A stretch of DNA of 62,375 nt, filler included, from Jimgerdemannia flammicorona (taxonomy: Eukaryota), in assembly GCA_003990765.1 (NCBI GenBank). It is 2 parts of 2 records of this genome, joined end to end, with 100 filler letters (N's around TTAATTAATTAA, not from the genome) between each part and the next. Parts side by side here need not be neighbours in the genome. Positions count along the whole stretch, not along the records: positions 1 to 31,143 come from RBNJ01000410.1; 1 more part is not named here. One strand, given 5' to 3'. The notes below the pieces were generated by a model. It was not told the DNA's origin and searched no databases. It was given only the letters and a program-made list of their open reading frames with translations. The position numbers and the translations under genes are program-made. Below are positions 12,757 to 25,146 of the stretch, one piece after another. The first letter of the stretch is position 1. Every line of letters begins with the position of its first letter.

Positions 12757-13935
12757 AGTTAATTGAGAAGTATACAGGAACTGAAACCCACTACAAGATA
12801 TAAGAATTCATTATGGATATGAAGATAAATCTTGGAGAATCTCTACAAGTATTCTTCACCAGAATCCAGAAAAGAATATATACTATTGAGTTCAGTGCTA
12901 TCAATCAAAACATCACTGGCCCAATGATCTTCATGAATAGAATTCCTCCCAACATTGCCCAACATGTCTGTACACTTGATATCAAAAAGTCTGAAGAATA
13001 AGTAAATATTGTTCAAGGATATTTTGATGTCAAACAAGAACCCACTTGGTCTGATAGTAATAAAAAAGAAACAAGGAAGACCTTCTGATCAAGATCCTTT
13101 AAGAAATTCTCCAAGAAAACTCCAAAAAAAAGAAATGTATAAAAAAATAAAAAAATAATAAAAATGAAATTCAAGACCTTAGTTCAAAACTAAACTGATT
13201 GATTGAACAAATAAAAAAACTCACTATATGTAAAAATTGAAGCTATCTATAAGAAAATAGAAACTATCTACTAAGAGAAAACCAAGACTATTTCTTTTAT
13301 AAAATTAAAGCTATCTGTTCTGAGATAAAATACAAGTTCAATATTATAACTATGGTCAATAAGAATATTATACTATAGAATGTAATAATAAGAAAAGTGA
13401 CTAAAGAAACTCTGAACTACCAAATTAAAGAAATATAATTCAGCATAAAAAGACTGAAGCTTATTCTATTAAAGATTATGAGAAAAGTAATAATAAAGAC
13501 TATAATGACCTAGATCTATATTCTACTAAGATTATCTCTAGAAAAACAATTTACTCTATAGTGAAAAGAAAGACAAATGAAGATAGGTTAATATATCTCC
13601 CCACTCTTCCTCACTCTTTATCTTTATAACTAAAAAAAACTATTATTAGAATCTGAAGATAAAGAAATAGAAAAAAAACAAAAAACAGTAACTCTGAAAC
13701 TCAAGAAAAAATATATTCTAAAGACTATATATACTCTGAGATATTTATAATAAAGTATAGAAGAAGATCTAAAAAGTTAAAATAGAGGTCTCTTTTTTAT
13801 AATTCTTATAACTAATATACTGAAGTTAGAAATAAATTACTGAAAATTATCAGATCTAGTAAAAGATAAGTCTCTATTCTATATAAAAACTAGTACTAAC
13901 TATAATATAAGCTATAGAAAGATATATCAATATAT
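12757..13935 (+). mobile_element. Ty3/Gypsy-like relic 1, 5'-truncated gag region
   Basis: Gag-like frame LIEKY...FMNRIPPNIA...QGYF; mutated CCHC knuckle tat tat aac tat ggt caa taa gaa tat tat act ata gaa tgt (13342-13383); frame leads into a protease split by later insertions. Confidence 0.65.
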
Positions 13936-14489
13936 CTCTTTGCCTGTAATATACCCAAATTTAAGTGTATAACTTTTTGATGTAAAAGGTCATCTATCTC
14001 GAACCCATAAGACATTTTTCAGACTCTATTAGTCGCTCTATGATGCTTTTCTTAGGGATTTCACTATTAATTGCATTGAGCTAGTGCCACACCTTTCTGT
14101 CCCATCACTTGCCAGATCACCAGATAGAACTTTATTCAGCGAATGTGTCTAAAATATTACGTATATATAAAATATTACCAAAACATTACACAATATGCCA
14201 ATCTAGCACTATTGCTGTCTAACTTGTCACTATTGCCATCTAACTCATCATTGCCATCGCCATCATCACCATTGCTATTTCACCATCATCGCCATCACCA
14301 TTTCACCATCATCGCTGTTGCCATTTCACCATCATCACCATTGCTATTACCATTTCACCATCATCGTCATTGCCATTTCGCCATCATCGCCATCACCATT
14401 GCTATCTAACTCATCATTGCTATCACCATTTCTAACTCACTCAAATGTTCTGAATAGGAGAAAAAAAAAAAAAGATTAATTATTTATCA

Positions 14490-16224
14490 AGATGCAGGTG
14501 ATGAATATTATAATCGAGATTCCACCATTCTGATCTCCTAAAAAGACTATACCTGCCATTCTAGATGTTCCTGCCATTCTAGGCATTCCTGCTGCTCCTG
14601 CCTTCTCCCACCTAATATATACAGCTCCTATTCTTGCAAGTTGTGTAGTCCTTCCCGAAGATCTGGATCCGACCAGTATTGGGATATTTCGTCTCTTCTT
14701 CCCTAATAATATACTGAAGAAGATTGTCATGAACACTAATTACTATGCTGAATTAAAAGATGCCGGAGTGAGGGGCAGAGAGTGGAAGTGGTTGATGGTA
14801 CCTGAGCTCTTAATCTTCATAGTGATTTGCATATACTTCGGGCTGTTCCGTGCTGGAAGAGATATTGAGTGGCATTGGAATAAGGATATCAGAATGCCAT
14901 CACATTGAATCCTTGAGCATATGACTCTACTTCGCTTCCAACAAATCAAACAATACTTATATATCTCTCTATCAGTTAACAACAATACATTGCATAACTA
15001 TTATACAAAGCTTGAACTGTTAATATTGCATATCTGAACAACATCACAAGCAATCTATCACCCAAGTTCCAATATGTCTTTTGATGAAATGATGATACGA
15101 TTCTCAGGAAGAAGTCTATATACCATTCATTTGAGAAGTAAACCAATTCCGGAAGGCTTTAAGATTCTCATGCTATGCAATTCTGGCTATATATGGTCAT
15201 TCCTCCCAACCTCTCATATTACACCCAACAGAGAGGTCAAGAAGATTAAAGGTCTCAGTCAAACCAGATGCATGGTCACACTTCTTGTTGAAGAATTGCC
15301 ATACAGGATTCAGGTATTTAACATATATATGGATAACTACTTCTCCTTCATTTCGTTATTCAAATATCTGTGATCAAAGGGAATCGGCACATGCAGGACA
15401 GTTAAACCAAATTTGAAGAGGTTTCCACAATAACTCAAGGTTGCAAAAAACTTATAGCCAGCTTGGAATACCAGGTCTAGCATCATAATTGACAACGATG
15501 TTCTGGCATTGCTATGGATGGATAATGGCAAAGTCACTATGTTAATAACAATCCATGAACTTGGACTTGGAGTTAAGTGGAACGTCATCTATAAATGATG
15601 TTGTCCAAGAATTACCAATAAGAATGCCAAACAAGTACCTAAAGCCTGGGGAAATAAACCAAAAAAAAAGCTTTTGATTCCAAAGATCATTGACAATTAC
15701 AATCATTATATAGGAGGGTTTGATATTGCTGATCAACGCCATTCATACTATAATATACAGATTATGGCCTATCATAATTGGATGTCGATATTCTTCTGGC
15801 TGTTAGACACCACCATCATTAACTCGTACTTGGTATATAAGTTAGTGACAGAGTCCAAGATGTGGCATGACGATTTCCAGCTTGACTTGGCTTGGGAACT
15901 CATAAGGCTAGTGAGCAATAAAGAAAATGAGCAAAAGACACGAAAACGTCAACATGAAGATATTCCGGAATATCACATAAGAAGTGTATTATAGAGAAAT
16001 CATATAGTTTGAATCCTGCCCAACATATCTCTGGTGACCATCTGCCGGAGTATCAAAAATACCATAAGGCATGTATCTGGTACCATTACCAAGTAAAGAT
16101 TGGCCAAATTGAAATAAATAAGTGGCACTCACCACAAAGCAATATTATCTGTTGATCGTGCAATGTGACACTCTGTATAAATAATCAGCATAGTTGTTTT
16201 ACAGAATATCATACAATGAGTTAA
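14490..16224 (+). pseudogene. piggyBac (DDE_Tnp_1_7/PGBD-like) transposase relic A
   Basis: IFRLFF...IVMNTNYYA, MTLLRFQQIK, SFDEMMIRFSGRS, KPIPEGFKI, YMDNYF, PKIIDNYNHYIGGFDIADQ, IFFWLLDTTIINSY and a degenerate C-terminal Cys-rich domain; in-frame stops. Confidence 0.9.
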
Positions 16225-16344
16225 TATATATTGGTATTATGAATAAAGCAAAAGCGATGACAATGCATAATCACCTCAGGCATATTCAGGTAGGAATAAC
16301 CATCAACATAAATACGAATAACTGTTCGGATATACACAAGATGA

Positions 16345-16630
16345 ATAACCATCCAGATATACATGAGGAGGAATAGCCATCTGGATATATGTAAGGAGGA
16401 ATAGCCATCCAGGTATACACAAGACAAATAACCATCCAGGTATATGTGAGGAGGAATAGCCATCTGAGTATACCCAAGGATATATGCAAGGAGGATAAAC
16501 TGTCTGAGTACACATGAGGAGATTAAACCATCTAGATACACATGAGGAGGTCAAACTATCTGGGTATATATGAGGAGGTCAAACCATCTGGGTATACATG
16601 AGGAGGATAAACCATCCGTATATGTGAATA
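16345..16630. repeat. ~29-bp degenerate tandem array (ccatctggatatatgtgaggaggaatag-like), about 10 units, inside element A
   Basis: Recurrent ccatc(c/t)(a/g)g...gaggagg units at roughly 29-bp spacing. Confidence 0.75.
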
Positions 16631-16639
16631 CATAAGGTA

Positions 16640-17615
16640 GAAGCAACACCTCCATCCGGCACTGCACTCCATCTGACACTGCACCTCTATCTGACATCGC
16701 ATTGCATGTCTGGTACCGCTTCTGGCAATGCTTCTGACACCACTCAGCCTTTGGGAGACTAATAATCATGGCTCTCATCCGAGTCATCACAATTCTGATT
16801 CGGTTGTTGGCGGCATTTGGTGTATAAATACTCTCAGGAGTAGTACAAGGCACAAATATAGATATAAGGGCATGGTCCTTTACAGGAACACTTATACAGT
16901 GAAAATTTAAAATCTCTGCCATGTTTGTTGTAGCACTGACATATTTGAAATGTGGTAGAAATGAGCCCTAAGCGAGATTTGGCATGAAGAGATATCGTCA
17001 ATTGTTCAAATTCAGATACTGCTGCTCTGGAAGATAACTGTGTTTCGGGAATGAAGGATGGTTCATCTATCTTCATCATGGGTCTCAATGTGACTGGAGT
17101 AGGTTGGCTTGGTATAGGTTGGCTTGGTGTAGGTTGGCTTGGCGTAGGTTGGCTTGGTGTAGGTTGGCTTGACATAGGTTGGTGTATTGGAATAGCTTGG
17201 GGTGTTGGAGTAGTTGGACATTGAAGGGTTGTTGAAGGTTCCCCAAGAGGTAAACTTAGAATAACAAATGGAAATGAGAACAGATCATTGCAGGGTATAT
17301 GGGGGGATCCACACTAGTGCATACCAGTGAGAAGGTGATCAAGAGATTGCAAGATCCCAGAGGCTGAATGAGATAGTTGGAGGGCCAAAGTCTAGAGGTT
17401 GGCAAGTTCATTAATGTTATTTTGTAAAGTGGTGCACTCAGCAAGGCTGCATATTTTGTGGTAGTCTGAAATGCTGTAAATGTCAGGGTAGTTATTCATG
17501 ATTGCAAGAGTAGAATTGAGGTCTTTGATTCTGCTGAAATGTGGACAGACATGGCAGTCATTAGTACAATGTAGGATATCACAAACTGGGCAGGAATTGT
17601 TGGAAGACATGCTAC
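16640..17615 (-). pseudogene. Cys-rich accessory/cargo gene relic of element A, convergent with the transposase
   Basis: MSSNNSCPVCDILHCTNDCHVC..., a PTPSQ-repeat linker (15-bp repeat at 17098-17180) and C-terminal CQCYNKH...YKCSCKGPC; a few in-frame stops. Confidence 0.5.
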
Positions 17616-17759
17616 AAAAAAAAAACAAAAAAAAAAAAAAATTAAGGCATTAAATCAATTGTCACAGTATTCCAGCAAATTCGCCACTTTCAGTATGAAA
17701 AGATGCCTCACACACATACAAAATGCATATATACGTAAATCTACAGAGTATGAGCCTGT

Positions 17760-17970
17760 TTGTTTGAGTGTGAGTGTGAGGCTGTTTATTTGAGCATGAG
17801 TGCATTTGAGCACATTTGAGCAAGTTTGAGTGCGTTTGACTGAGTTTGAGCACATTTGAGCACATTTGAGCATGAGTGCATTTGAGTAGCTGTTCATTTA
17901 AGTGGGAGTGAGTTTGAGTACGTTTGAGTGCATTTGAGTGAATTTGAGTGTGTTTGAGTATGAGTGTATT
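17760..17970. repeat. 10-bp degenerate minisatellite (tttgagcaca/tttgagtgca) in element A
   Basis: Repeated tttgag cores at about 10-bp period. Confidence 0.7.
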
Positions 17971-18092
17971 TGCTCGATTATAGGTGCGAGTGAAACAAGA
18001 GTATTGGAGCCCAAAGGATTTCAGGGGTATTTGATGATGATACATCAATTTCCTTATGTCATCAGGGGACGGAGATAGGAGATATCATCAGC

Positions 18093-18137
<45 letters not shown>

Positions 18138-18262
18138 AAGGAGACATCATCAGGGGATGGAGATAGGTGACGTCATCAAATTCTTGCATCATCTATCCAG
18201 ATATTACATTCAAAACATTATCCTCCAAATATGAGGGTATTATCATACAGATAAAGGGATAT

Positions 18263-18321
18263 ACTTATATAGATATTAAAGAATAGAAGATAAAAATTCT
18301 TATTAATATAAGAGTAGCTAT
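18263..18321 (+). mobile_element. Stranded fragment of the Gypsy relic 1 aspartic protease active site between elements A and B
   Basis: act tat ata gat att aaa gaa tag aag ata aaa att ctt att aat ata aga gta gct reads TYIDIKE*KIKILINIRVA and is restorable by transitions alone to ...KGQKIKVLIDTGAA. Confidence 0.65.
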
Positions 18322-18580
18322 TTCTTACCCTATAATCACATGTAGGCAAATTTATATAACGTTATCACATTTGTAGAATATATCAGCATTCCTAAACAAT
18401 GATAAGCTGATAAGCTTTTATATGATTCTTTAATCATTCACACACTCAAAGATCCCTATTCTAAGTTATAATCAGATATATTTTGACTATTTATCATGCT
18501 AGACTCTGGGAATTTTGTGCTTTGTGCTCCAATCTCACTCTTTAATGACTCATTCTTTATTAAATTCCTCTCCAACAATC

Positions 18581-20800
18581 TTAATTTTTCATTGTATGAT
18601 AATTAGCAAAACAGATACATTACTTATTGATATATAGTATAACATTATAAGACTGGTAGATAATATTACTTTGAGGTGGATTCTGCATATTAATTTCAAT
18701 GTAACCTATCTTCTCCAGATAATGACATCAATGCACACCTTGTATTTTTCTTGATATTTCGGAAAATAATCACCAGGGGTAAGTTGGGCAGGATCTAAGT
18801 TGTGAGATTTGATAATATAATACTTTCTTAGTAGTAGATCTGATATTATCATCAATTCTTCTCTTATATAATTGTATGTTTTTCTTTATATTTTGTTTCT
18901 GCTTTCTTTTTCATTTATAAGTTTTATAAGATTCCAAGCTAAATCAAGTCAAAATGTAATCTGAGTTATTGTCAGTCTGACTATCTGATGTACTAGGTAT
19001 GAATTGATGATTGTTGTATCTAACAACCAAAAGAAAAGTAGCATCCAAGTCTGTTTAGCTTTGATCTATATATTGTAATATCTATAACATTAGTTGGCAA
19101 TATCAACTCCTTCCATATGATGATTGTAATCATTAATAACTTTTGGAATCTCTGGTCTCTTTTATGCATTGTCTCCCTAGGTTTCTTAAACTTATGTGGC
19201 ATTATTGATGGTGGGTCTTAGATGATGCCAGTTGCATATAATCTTCCATTTGGCTCCAACAAGTTCATGAATAGTTATTAACATAGTGACCATACCATTA
19301 TCTACCCATAGCAATGCCAGAACATCATCAATGATTATACCTAAGGTTATATTCTAATCATATGTTACTTTTTTGCTAATCTTAAGTTGTTTTAGGAATT
19401 GTTTTGACCTCTGTCTAACTGTTCTATATACTCTGATTCCCTTTGATCATAGATATTTGAATAATGCAATGCTGGAGAAGTAATTGTCCATATAGACATT
19501 GAACATCTAAGTATCAAATGGCAACTGTTCAACAAGATAAATGATGATAGATGCTATTTTACTAAGCCCTTCAATTTCCTCAACTTCTCTATTACTAGTG
19601 AAGCACAAAGTTAGCAGAAATGTCTACATATAATCATAATTACATATCATATTAATATTGAAGCCTTGTTTGACTGGTTTACATATATATCAGTATATAT
19701 CCTTACTTTTCCCTAAAAATTATACCATCATCTCATTGACAGATATATTGGAACTTGAGTAATAGATGGATTGGAAAGTTTTTCAGATGTGAGAAAGTAG
19801 CAGTTCGAGTTTTGTATAATAGTCGCTATTGTGAATGCCATGTAGGGAGACATGAAGGTATCATTTGATTTGTTGGAATCGATAACAAGATATATATTCA
19901 AGTATTCTATGTATCAGTTTTTGAACATCATTATTCCAAAGCCACTCTAGATCCTTATCTGCATGGAAAATACCCAAGTATATGCAAATGGCAATGAAGA
20001 TGATGAGCTTTGATACTGTCAGATCTTTCTATGTTCTGTCAGTCTCTCTGGTATCCTTGACTGCAGCATAGTAATTCATATTAATAACAATGGTTTTTAG
20101 TATTTCATCAGAAAAGAAGAGACAGAAAACATCAATACCAGATAGGTTTTCACCAAGATTATTGGGAAGGACAGAGTGTCTTGAGAGAATAGATTTCATG
20201 TATTTGAGACATGTAAAGGCAGGAGTAACAGATAAGGTAGGAATGACAGATAAGGCAGGAGTGACAAGAGTAACAGATAAGATAGGAGCAATAAGTAGGG
20301 TGTGGTTTTTGCCCTGCTTATCATTGTCAACTTTGGTAATCAGCACTGTTAATAATTTATTTTTACTTCCCTTTGGCCTTCCTCTCTTTCGGTTGATGGT
20401 TTCGTTAATATTATATGTTGTCTGTTTTTTGCTGAAGAACTTGCTGATAGATTCATCAATATTATCAGAGTCAAACTACTTGCCATCAATTTTATTATCA
20501 GTATGTATCATCACTGTTAATAATTTGTTTTTTGCCCTCTTTGGTCTTCCTCTCTTTTGTTTTATACTTTCATTGACAATTTGCACCCCCTGTTTTCCCT
20601 TTCCTCTAATGAATTTGTCAAGGTCTTCGGCAAAGTCATTGTCAGCAAAGTCATTATTGGTGAAGTTGTCATTGGTGAAGTTATTATCATCGGTTTCAAA
20701 TTCAGAATCATTGTAGAAGATTTTGTGAGAATAAAATCTCACTATAGCTTTAGCTTTCTCTTGTTGAAATATGAGAATAATGAAGATTTTATGAAATGAG
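18581..20800 (-). pseudogene. piggyBac transposase relic B with N-terminal acidic region and two AT-hooks
   Basis: VFCLFFSDEILKTIVINMNYYA, SVNEMMV, VYMDNYFSSIALF, PKVINDYNHHMEGVDIA, LFFWLLDTTIINSYL and terminal CFANYH; KRGRPK twice near the N-terminus. Confidence 0.88.
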
Positions 20801-21542
20801 TAATTACTCTCTTTATTAGTTACTCTATTGTTTTCTTTATTTGGTAAATGTGGCTCATTTTTTCTTTATTAAAGGAAAAATTTATTTATTATACAAAGTG
20901 GGTGGTTGTTCTCTTTATTAGTTGCTCTATTTGTTTCTTTATTTGGTAATTTATGCTAATATATAGCTTATTTCTCCATTGTTAGAGGACAATGTGATCA
21001 GCAATAAGATGGGTGGGTTTTCTTATTCCTTTTATTTGATAATTATACTAATGGCACTCTATGGAAAAACAATATAACCAGCAATAAGATGGGTGGGTTT
21101 CCTTTATTTTGTGCCTTGCTCTATAAATGCTAAACTAACACTATAATCTCTGAATATTTTCCTAAGATTTCCCAAAGATTTCCAAATAATTTTCTGTGGA
21201 CATTATACACAGATTGCAAGCATGATAGTTGCAAGTATGATAATTGGTAAGATAATGTCTCACTAACTAAATATAGTTTGTTTACTTAGATTTTGTTTCC
21301 TGACTCAAAAGGTAGTCACCTGTGTAATGGGCATTGAGTATCCTATCAACCCCAATCAACCAATAGGCTAGATTGAGCTTATTAATCTTCTTTCCTTTGA
21401 GTAACTTTGATACTTCAGATTTTTTGATTCCTACATACCTCTCTTTACAATAACAGAAGATACATATCGATTTGGTGCTTAATACTTTCTAAAATATTTC
21501 ATTCTCCTCAATTTGCCTGTCTTATTAATAAATTACAGGATA

Positions 21543-23740
21543 ATGAGTAATGAATATACTTATCAGGAAGCTGACATCGCCCCCTATTTCACCACCATAT
21601 GCTGGTATGAGTGGAGCTATGTGAATTTTTTGAAGTCCATCTGGAGTACAAAGGGAATTGGTACCTGGGATAAGGCTTTATTATATCTCTCATTTAAGGA
21701 AAGTCTTTCTTGCATCTAAGCTACCAAACTACCATCTAACATTGTTAGCTAAATTGATTATCTTACTGATTTCCATCTTAAGGTATATTCTCTATAAGTA
21801 TATGATATTATTCAGAATATAATTATAACACAACTTATCTCTCTTCTAAGAATTCCTAGGAGGAGATTAAAGCATTCTGGAATTCAATCAAGTTTTCTGA
21901 GATATGTATCTCTTTATACTGTTTGCATTATAGATATAGCACAATTCAGAGAGGCTGACAGTTATATTGTTTTTGTGAACATAATCACTAGAGATGAGAG
22001 ACACCAAATCAGAATGATTACTTGATACTAAATGAGAATAATTATATGACACTGAATGAGAATAATTATATATTGGAAAATGGAGTCAATATTACAATAG
22101 TTCTGGGAAAAGATATCATAGTTGATCTTTCTAGTGAGAAGCTACATAAGAATGTCACAGCAGCAGATTGAGAGGAGATGTATAGTAATTTTGAGGATAC
22201 ATTAGAGGTATTGAGAGAGGAGATTCCTTTATACTATCAAAAAGCTGTCAGATTTCTCTGTAAAGGTATCATAAGTATGATCTTACTTTATTACATACTT
22301 GATTTGTTAGTTTTCCACTACTTTATATATTGAATACATTCTTTATTCTGTTTATCTTATTATAGAGAAATATTAAGGAAATACAATAGAACCTTTAGAG
22401 AGGTTTTGCAGTCATGCTTCAAGAAATCGATATAGATATTGAAGATAATGATGACCTAAATGACCTTTGTGGATTAGAGGGACTTCACATCACTGCCTAT
22501 AGTATGTAAGTTTGGTTTTTTCTCTCAGTCAGTTTATGAACTTGTGAGTTCACAGCTCTGTCTGTACCCCTGCCCCTTAACCAGAATTTGAGTCACATAC
22601 TTAGCTCTTAATTTTTTTTTTTACTATAGGTTCCATTCCTACTCAATGGGTTACACCATTTCCAATGATTTGTCTAAGGCAATATTAATTATTTGATTTT
22701 TCTCACCACTCTTTGAGAAAATCATGATGAGTCTATTTGATAAGTTATTATAAAAGTGATAAGATGTTCTCTAGTTCTCATTAGAAGAGGTTTGTGTATT
22801 GAATTTCTGCAGAGTATCAATCTAATATTTCACTCTGTTTATCCAATTTACAGGGAGGAAAGTACACTAATTACCTCTGCCTCAAGATGGAATAGTGAAA
22901 TTGAAAATGAGAGCCAGGTTCAAATAGAGTAGAGAATGGATATTATTGGATCTCTCTATATGAATCAGCTTGAGGTAATGCTCATAGAGTTCTCTTTACT
23001 GAGCAAGCAGCTTTATAAGAGCAAAGTATAGAGTGATAAGTCAAAAATTATGTAGGGTATGAAGAATGCCTTGGATAGAATTTTGCTGATTGCACTAAGA
23101 AGTTCTAATCACCAAGAGCTGTAATGAGTCTTTATTATTGGTGTTCAGATTATTAGTATGAGATATTTATTTATTATTTGGTTATTATTCAATTATTATG
23201 TATTCAGTCATTATTCAGTTATTAAGATTTGAATCTCAACCAACAGATCATAAAGTTATGGTCTATGTCATAAACATGGACCAGCTGAAGGACCTGTTCG
23301 CCGCCAAGGATTCCGTCAAATTCCCCGTTTTCGACCTCATTCTTTTGGGCATGGGCCCCGATGGACATACCTGCTCGCTCTTGCTTACAATAAGAGATAT
23401 AGGTTTCAGGATATTGATATATTCAATTTATCTCTAAATTGGCATGATATGAAATGTCAGTTTAAATCTGTATTATTAGGATTTTTATGGTTGAAGGTAA
23501 AGGCTTACTTTCATTACTTCTACTATCTATTACTTTTACTATCATTTTCTCCACTAATATTTCTGTTTCTATTTACAGGCATACTTAGATCATACACTCT
23601 GTTACTTAGAGGAACTTTGCAAACATTATGCAGGGTGATTGAAGTTAATGAGAAACAGCATTATTGAGTAGATGGTATATCACTCAGCACACTCAACAAC
23701 TCTAGGTCAGCCTCAACAAAACTCAGACAAAAGAGAATGA
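21543..23740 (+). pseudogene. Intron-containing cargo gene relic, PD-(D/E)XK restriction-endonuclease-fold (CRN C-terminal REase-like)
   Basis: MSNEYTYQEADIAPYF...; GESTLITSASRWNSE...RMDIIG...LEVMLIEFS...SDKSKIM*GMKNALDRI...IIGVQII|...VYVINMD...[11 protein letters not shown], a motif order I recognise from REase-fold families of early-diverging fungi; GT-AG introns, stops and frameshifts. Confidence 0.55.
23279..23382 (+). other. Captured fragment of a 6-phosphogluconolactonase (SOL/6PGL) gene
   Basis: [33 protein letters not shown] contains the 6PGL signature FDLILLGxGPDGHTxSL; GC-rich with intact CpGs, unlike its flanks. Confidence 0.85.
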
Positions 23741-23819
23741 CAGCTGATGTAATCAGAGTCTTCATCATCATCTTTGGGTAGAAAGAAGTTAAAGAAGTAG
23801 GATATATAGTAGGTTCTAG

Positions 23820-24120
23820 GTATGGGGGTTGTAATGCTGACATGTATAGGGGTTGTAGTGCTGACATGTATAGGGGGTTGTAATGCTGACATGCACAGGG
23901 GTTGTAATGCTGACATGTACAGGAGTTGTAATGCTAACATATGTGAGAGTTATAGTACTGATATATACTGGTACATAGGTACTATAATACTGATATATGC
24001 AGAGATTACAATATTAATATACACAGGGTTACAATACTGACATATATGGAGATTACAATGCTGATATACATGGGGGTTGCAATGCTGACATATGTGGGGA
24101 TTACAATTCTGATGAGCATG
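23820..24120. repeat. ~24-bp tandem repeat (ggggttgtaatgctgacatgtata-like), about 12 units
   Basis: Repeated gttgtaatgctgacat / gattacaatgctgata units. Confidence 0.8.
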
Positions 24121-24289
24121 GGTTGCCCTAAAAGACTTATGGTGGTTGGTATGTATGGTATATATAGGTATTTTATGTTTCTGTAGCTAATCTTTATAAA
24201 AAAAATCTCTTTGCTATATATTGGTTGTTATGTGATATAATTATATTGAGAATTGTACTTGCTCACCATTCCACCACTCTACCATTCAT

Positions 24290-24575
24290 CACTGCACTAT
24301 TCTACTCAACTGTCCACTACTCACTACTCTACTACTCAATACTCCACTGCTCAGTGCTCCACTGCTCAGTGCTCTACCACTCGATGCTCTACTGCTCAGC
24401 ACTCCACTACTCAGCACTCCACCACTCAGTGCTCTACTACTCAGTACTCTACCACTCAGTGCTCCACTGCTCAGTACTCCACTGCTCAGCACTCTACCAC
24501 TCAGTACTCTACTGCTCACCACCTCACTGCTCTACTGCTCCCTCTATTTACTGCTCCACTCTACTGCTCTACTGT
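24290..24575. repeat. 15-bp tandem repeat (ctc[ct]act[ag]ctcag[ct][ag]-like), about 17 units
   Basis: Regular 15-bp periodicity seen as STTQ/STAQ pentapeptides in the ORF track. Confidence 0.85.
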
Positions 24576-25146
24576 TTACTTTGAGCCAGACTCAGATAGA
24601 CAGATTTGGCCATTAATAGCTAGTCATATCATTATAGCCCAACTTAATGCCAAGGCTCTCTAAAGACCACAAAGACAGAGGGCCTCCCAAAGTCTTGAGC
24701 CTTAGTAGAGTGAACAATTGGTCTCCACCACCATGGCTGCTCTTGAGGTCTGGAGCAATGCTTTTTGAGTACTAAAGGTATGAGGAAAGGGAGGCTGAGA
24801 GAGGTTGCTGAGAATACTGCTGAGTTGTCAAGAATATTGCTACTATTGCTAATAGACCTCAAGGTGGTATACAGTAAAACAGATGGATCAGAATCAGTAT
24901 CATAAGCCATGGTCTGCTTTAGAAAGGAGCATGTTTTTTTGAGTCTCGAAGGTATGGAAGATAATAAACCTAAGCCACCCACCATATGCCCCACTATTGT
25001 CCACCAATTTCCATATAATTTCCAATTCTAAGATAAGTTAGATGGCAAGGCAAGTCTCAAGTGAGACCTTTCTATAAGTACTAATGAATTCTATCTGAAT
25101 TCCATCTAAATAATTTCCAAATAAGATAACTTAAGATAAGAGGGTT

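Larger units (their letters stand above)
13936..18258 (+). mobile_element. piggyBac-type DNA transposon A (4.3 kb) with imperfect TIRs and ATAT on both flanks
   Basis: Left end CTCTTTGCCTGTAATATACCC; reverse complement of right end CCCTTTATCTGTATGATAATACCC; ATAT at 13932-13935 and 18259-18262; internal transposase relic. Confidence 0.75.

Noticed and set aside
16345..16630. ~29-bp periodic array (also 23820-24120) as a CRISPR-like array
   Set aside because: Units are head-to-tail with no unique spacers, no cas genes are present, and the context is eukaryotic.
23198..23437. 79-aa ORF as a functional 6-phosphogluconolactonase
   Set aside because: Only about 33 codons match the enzyme; the rest is transposon cargo and intron sequence.
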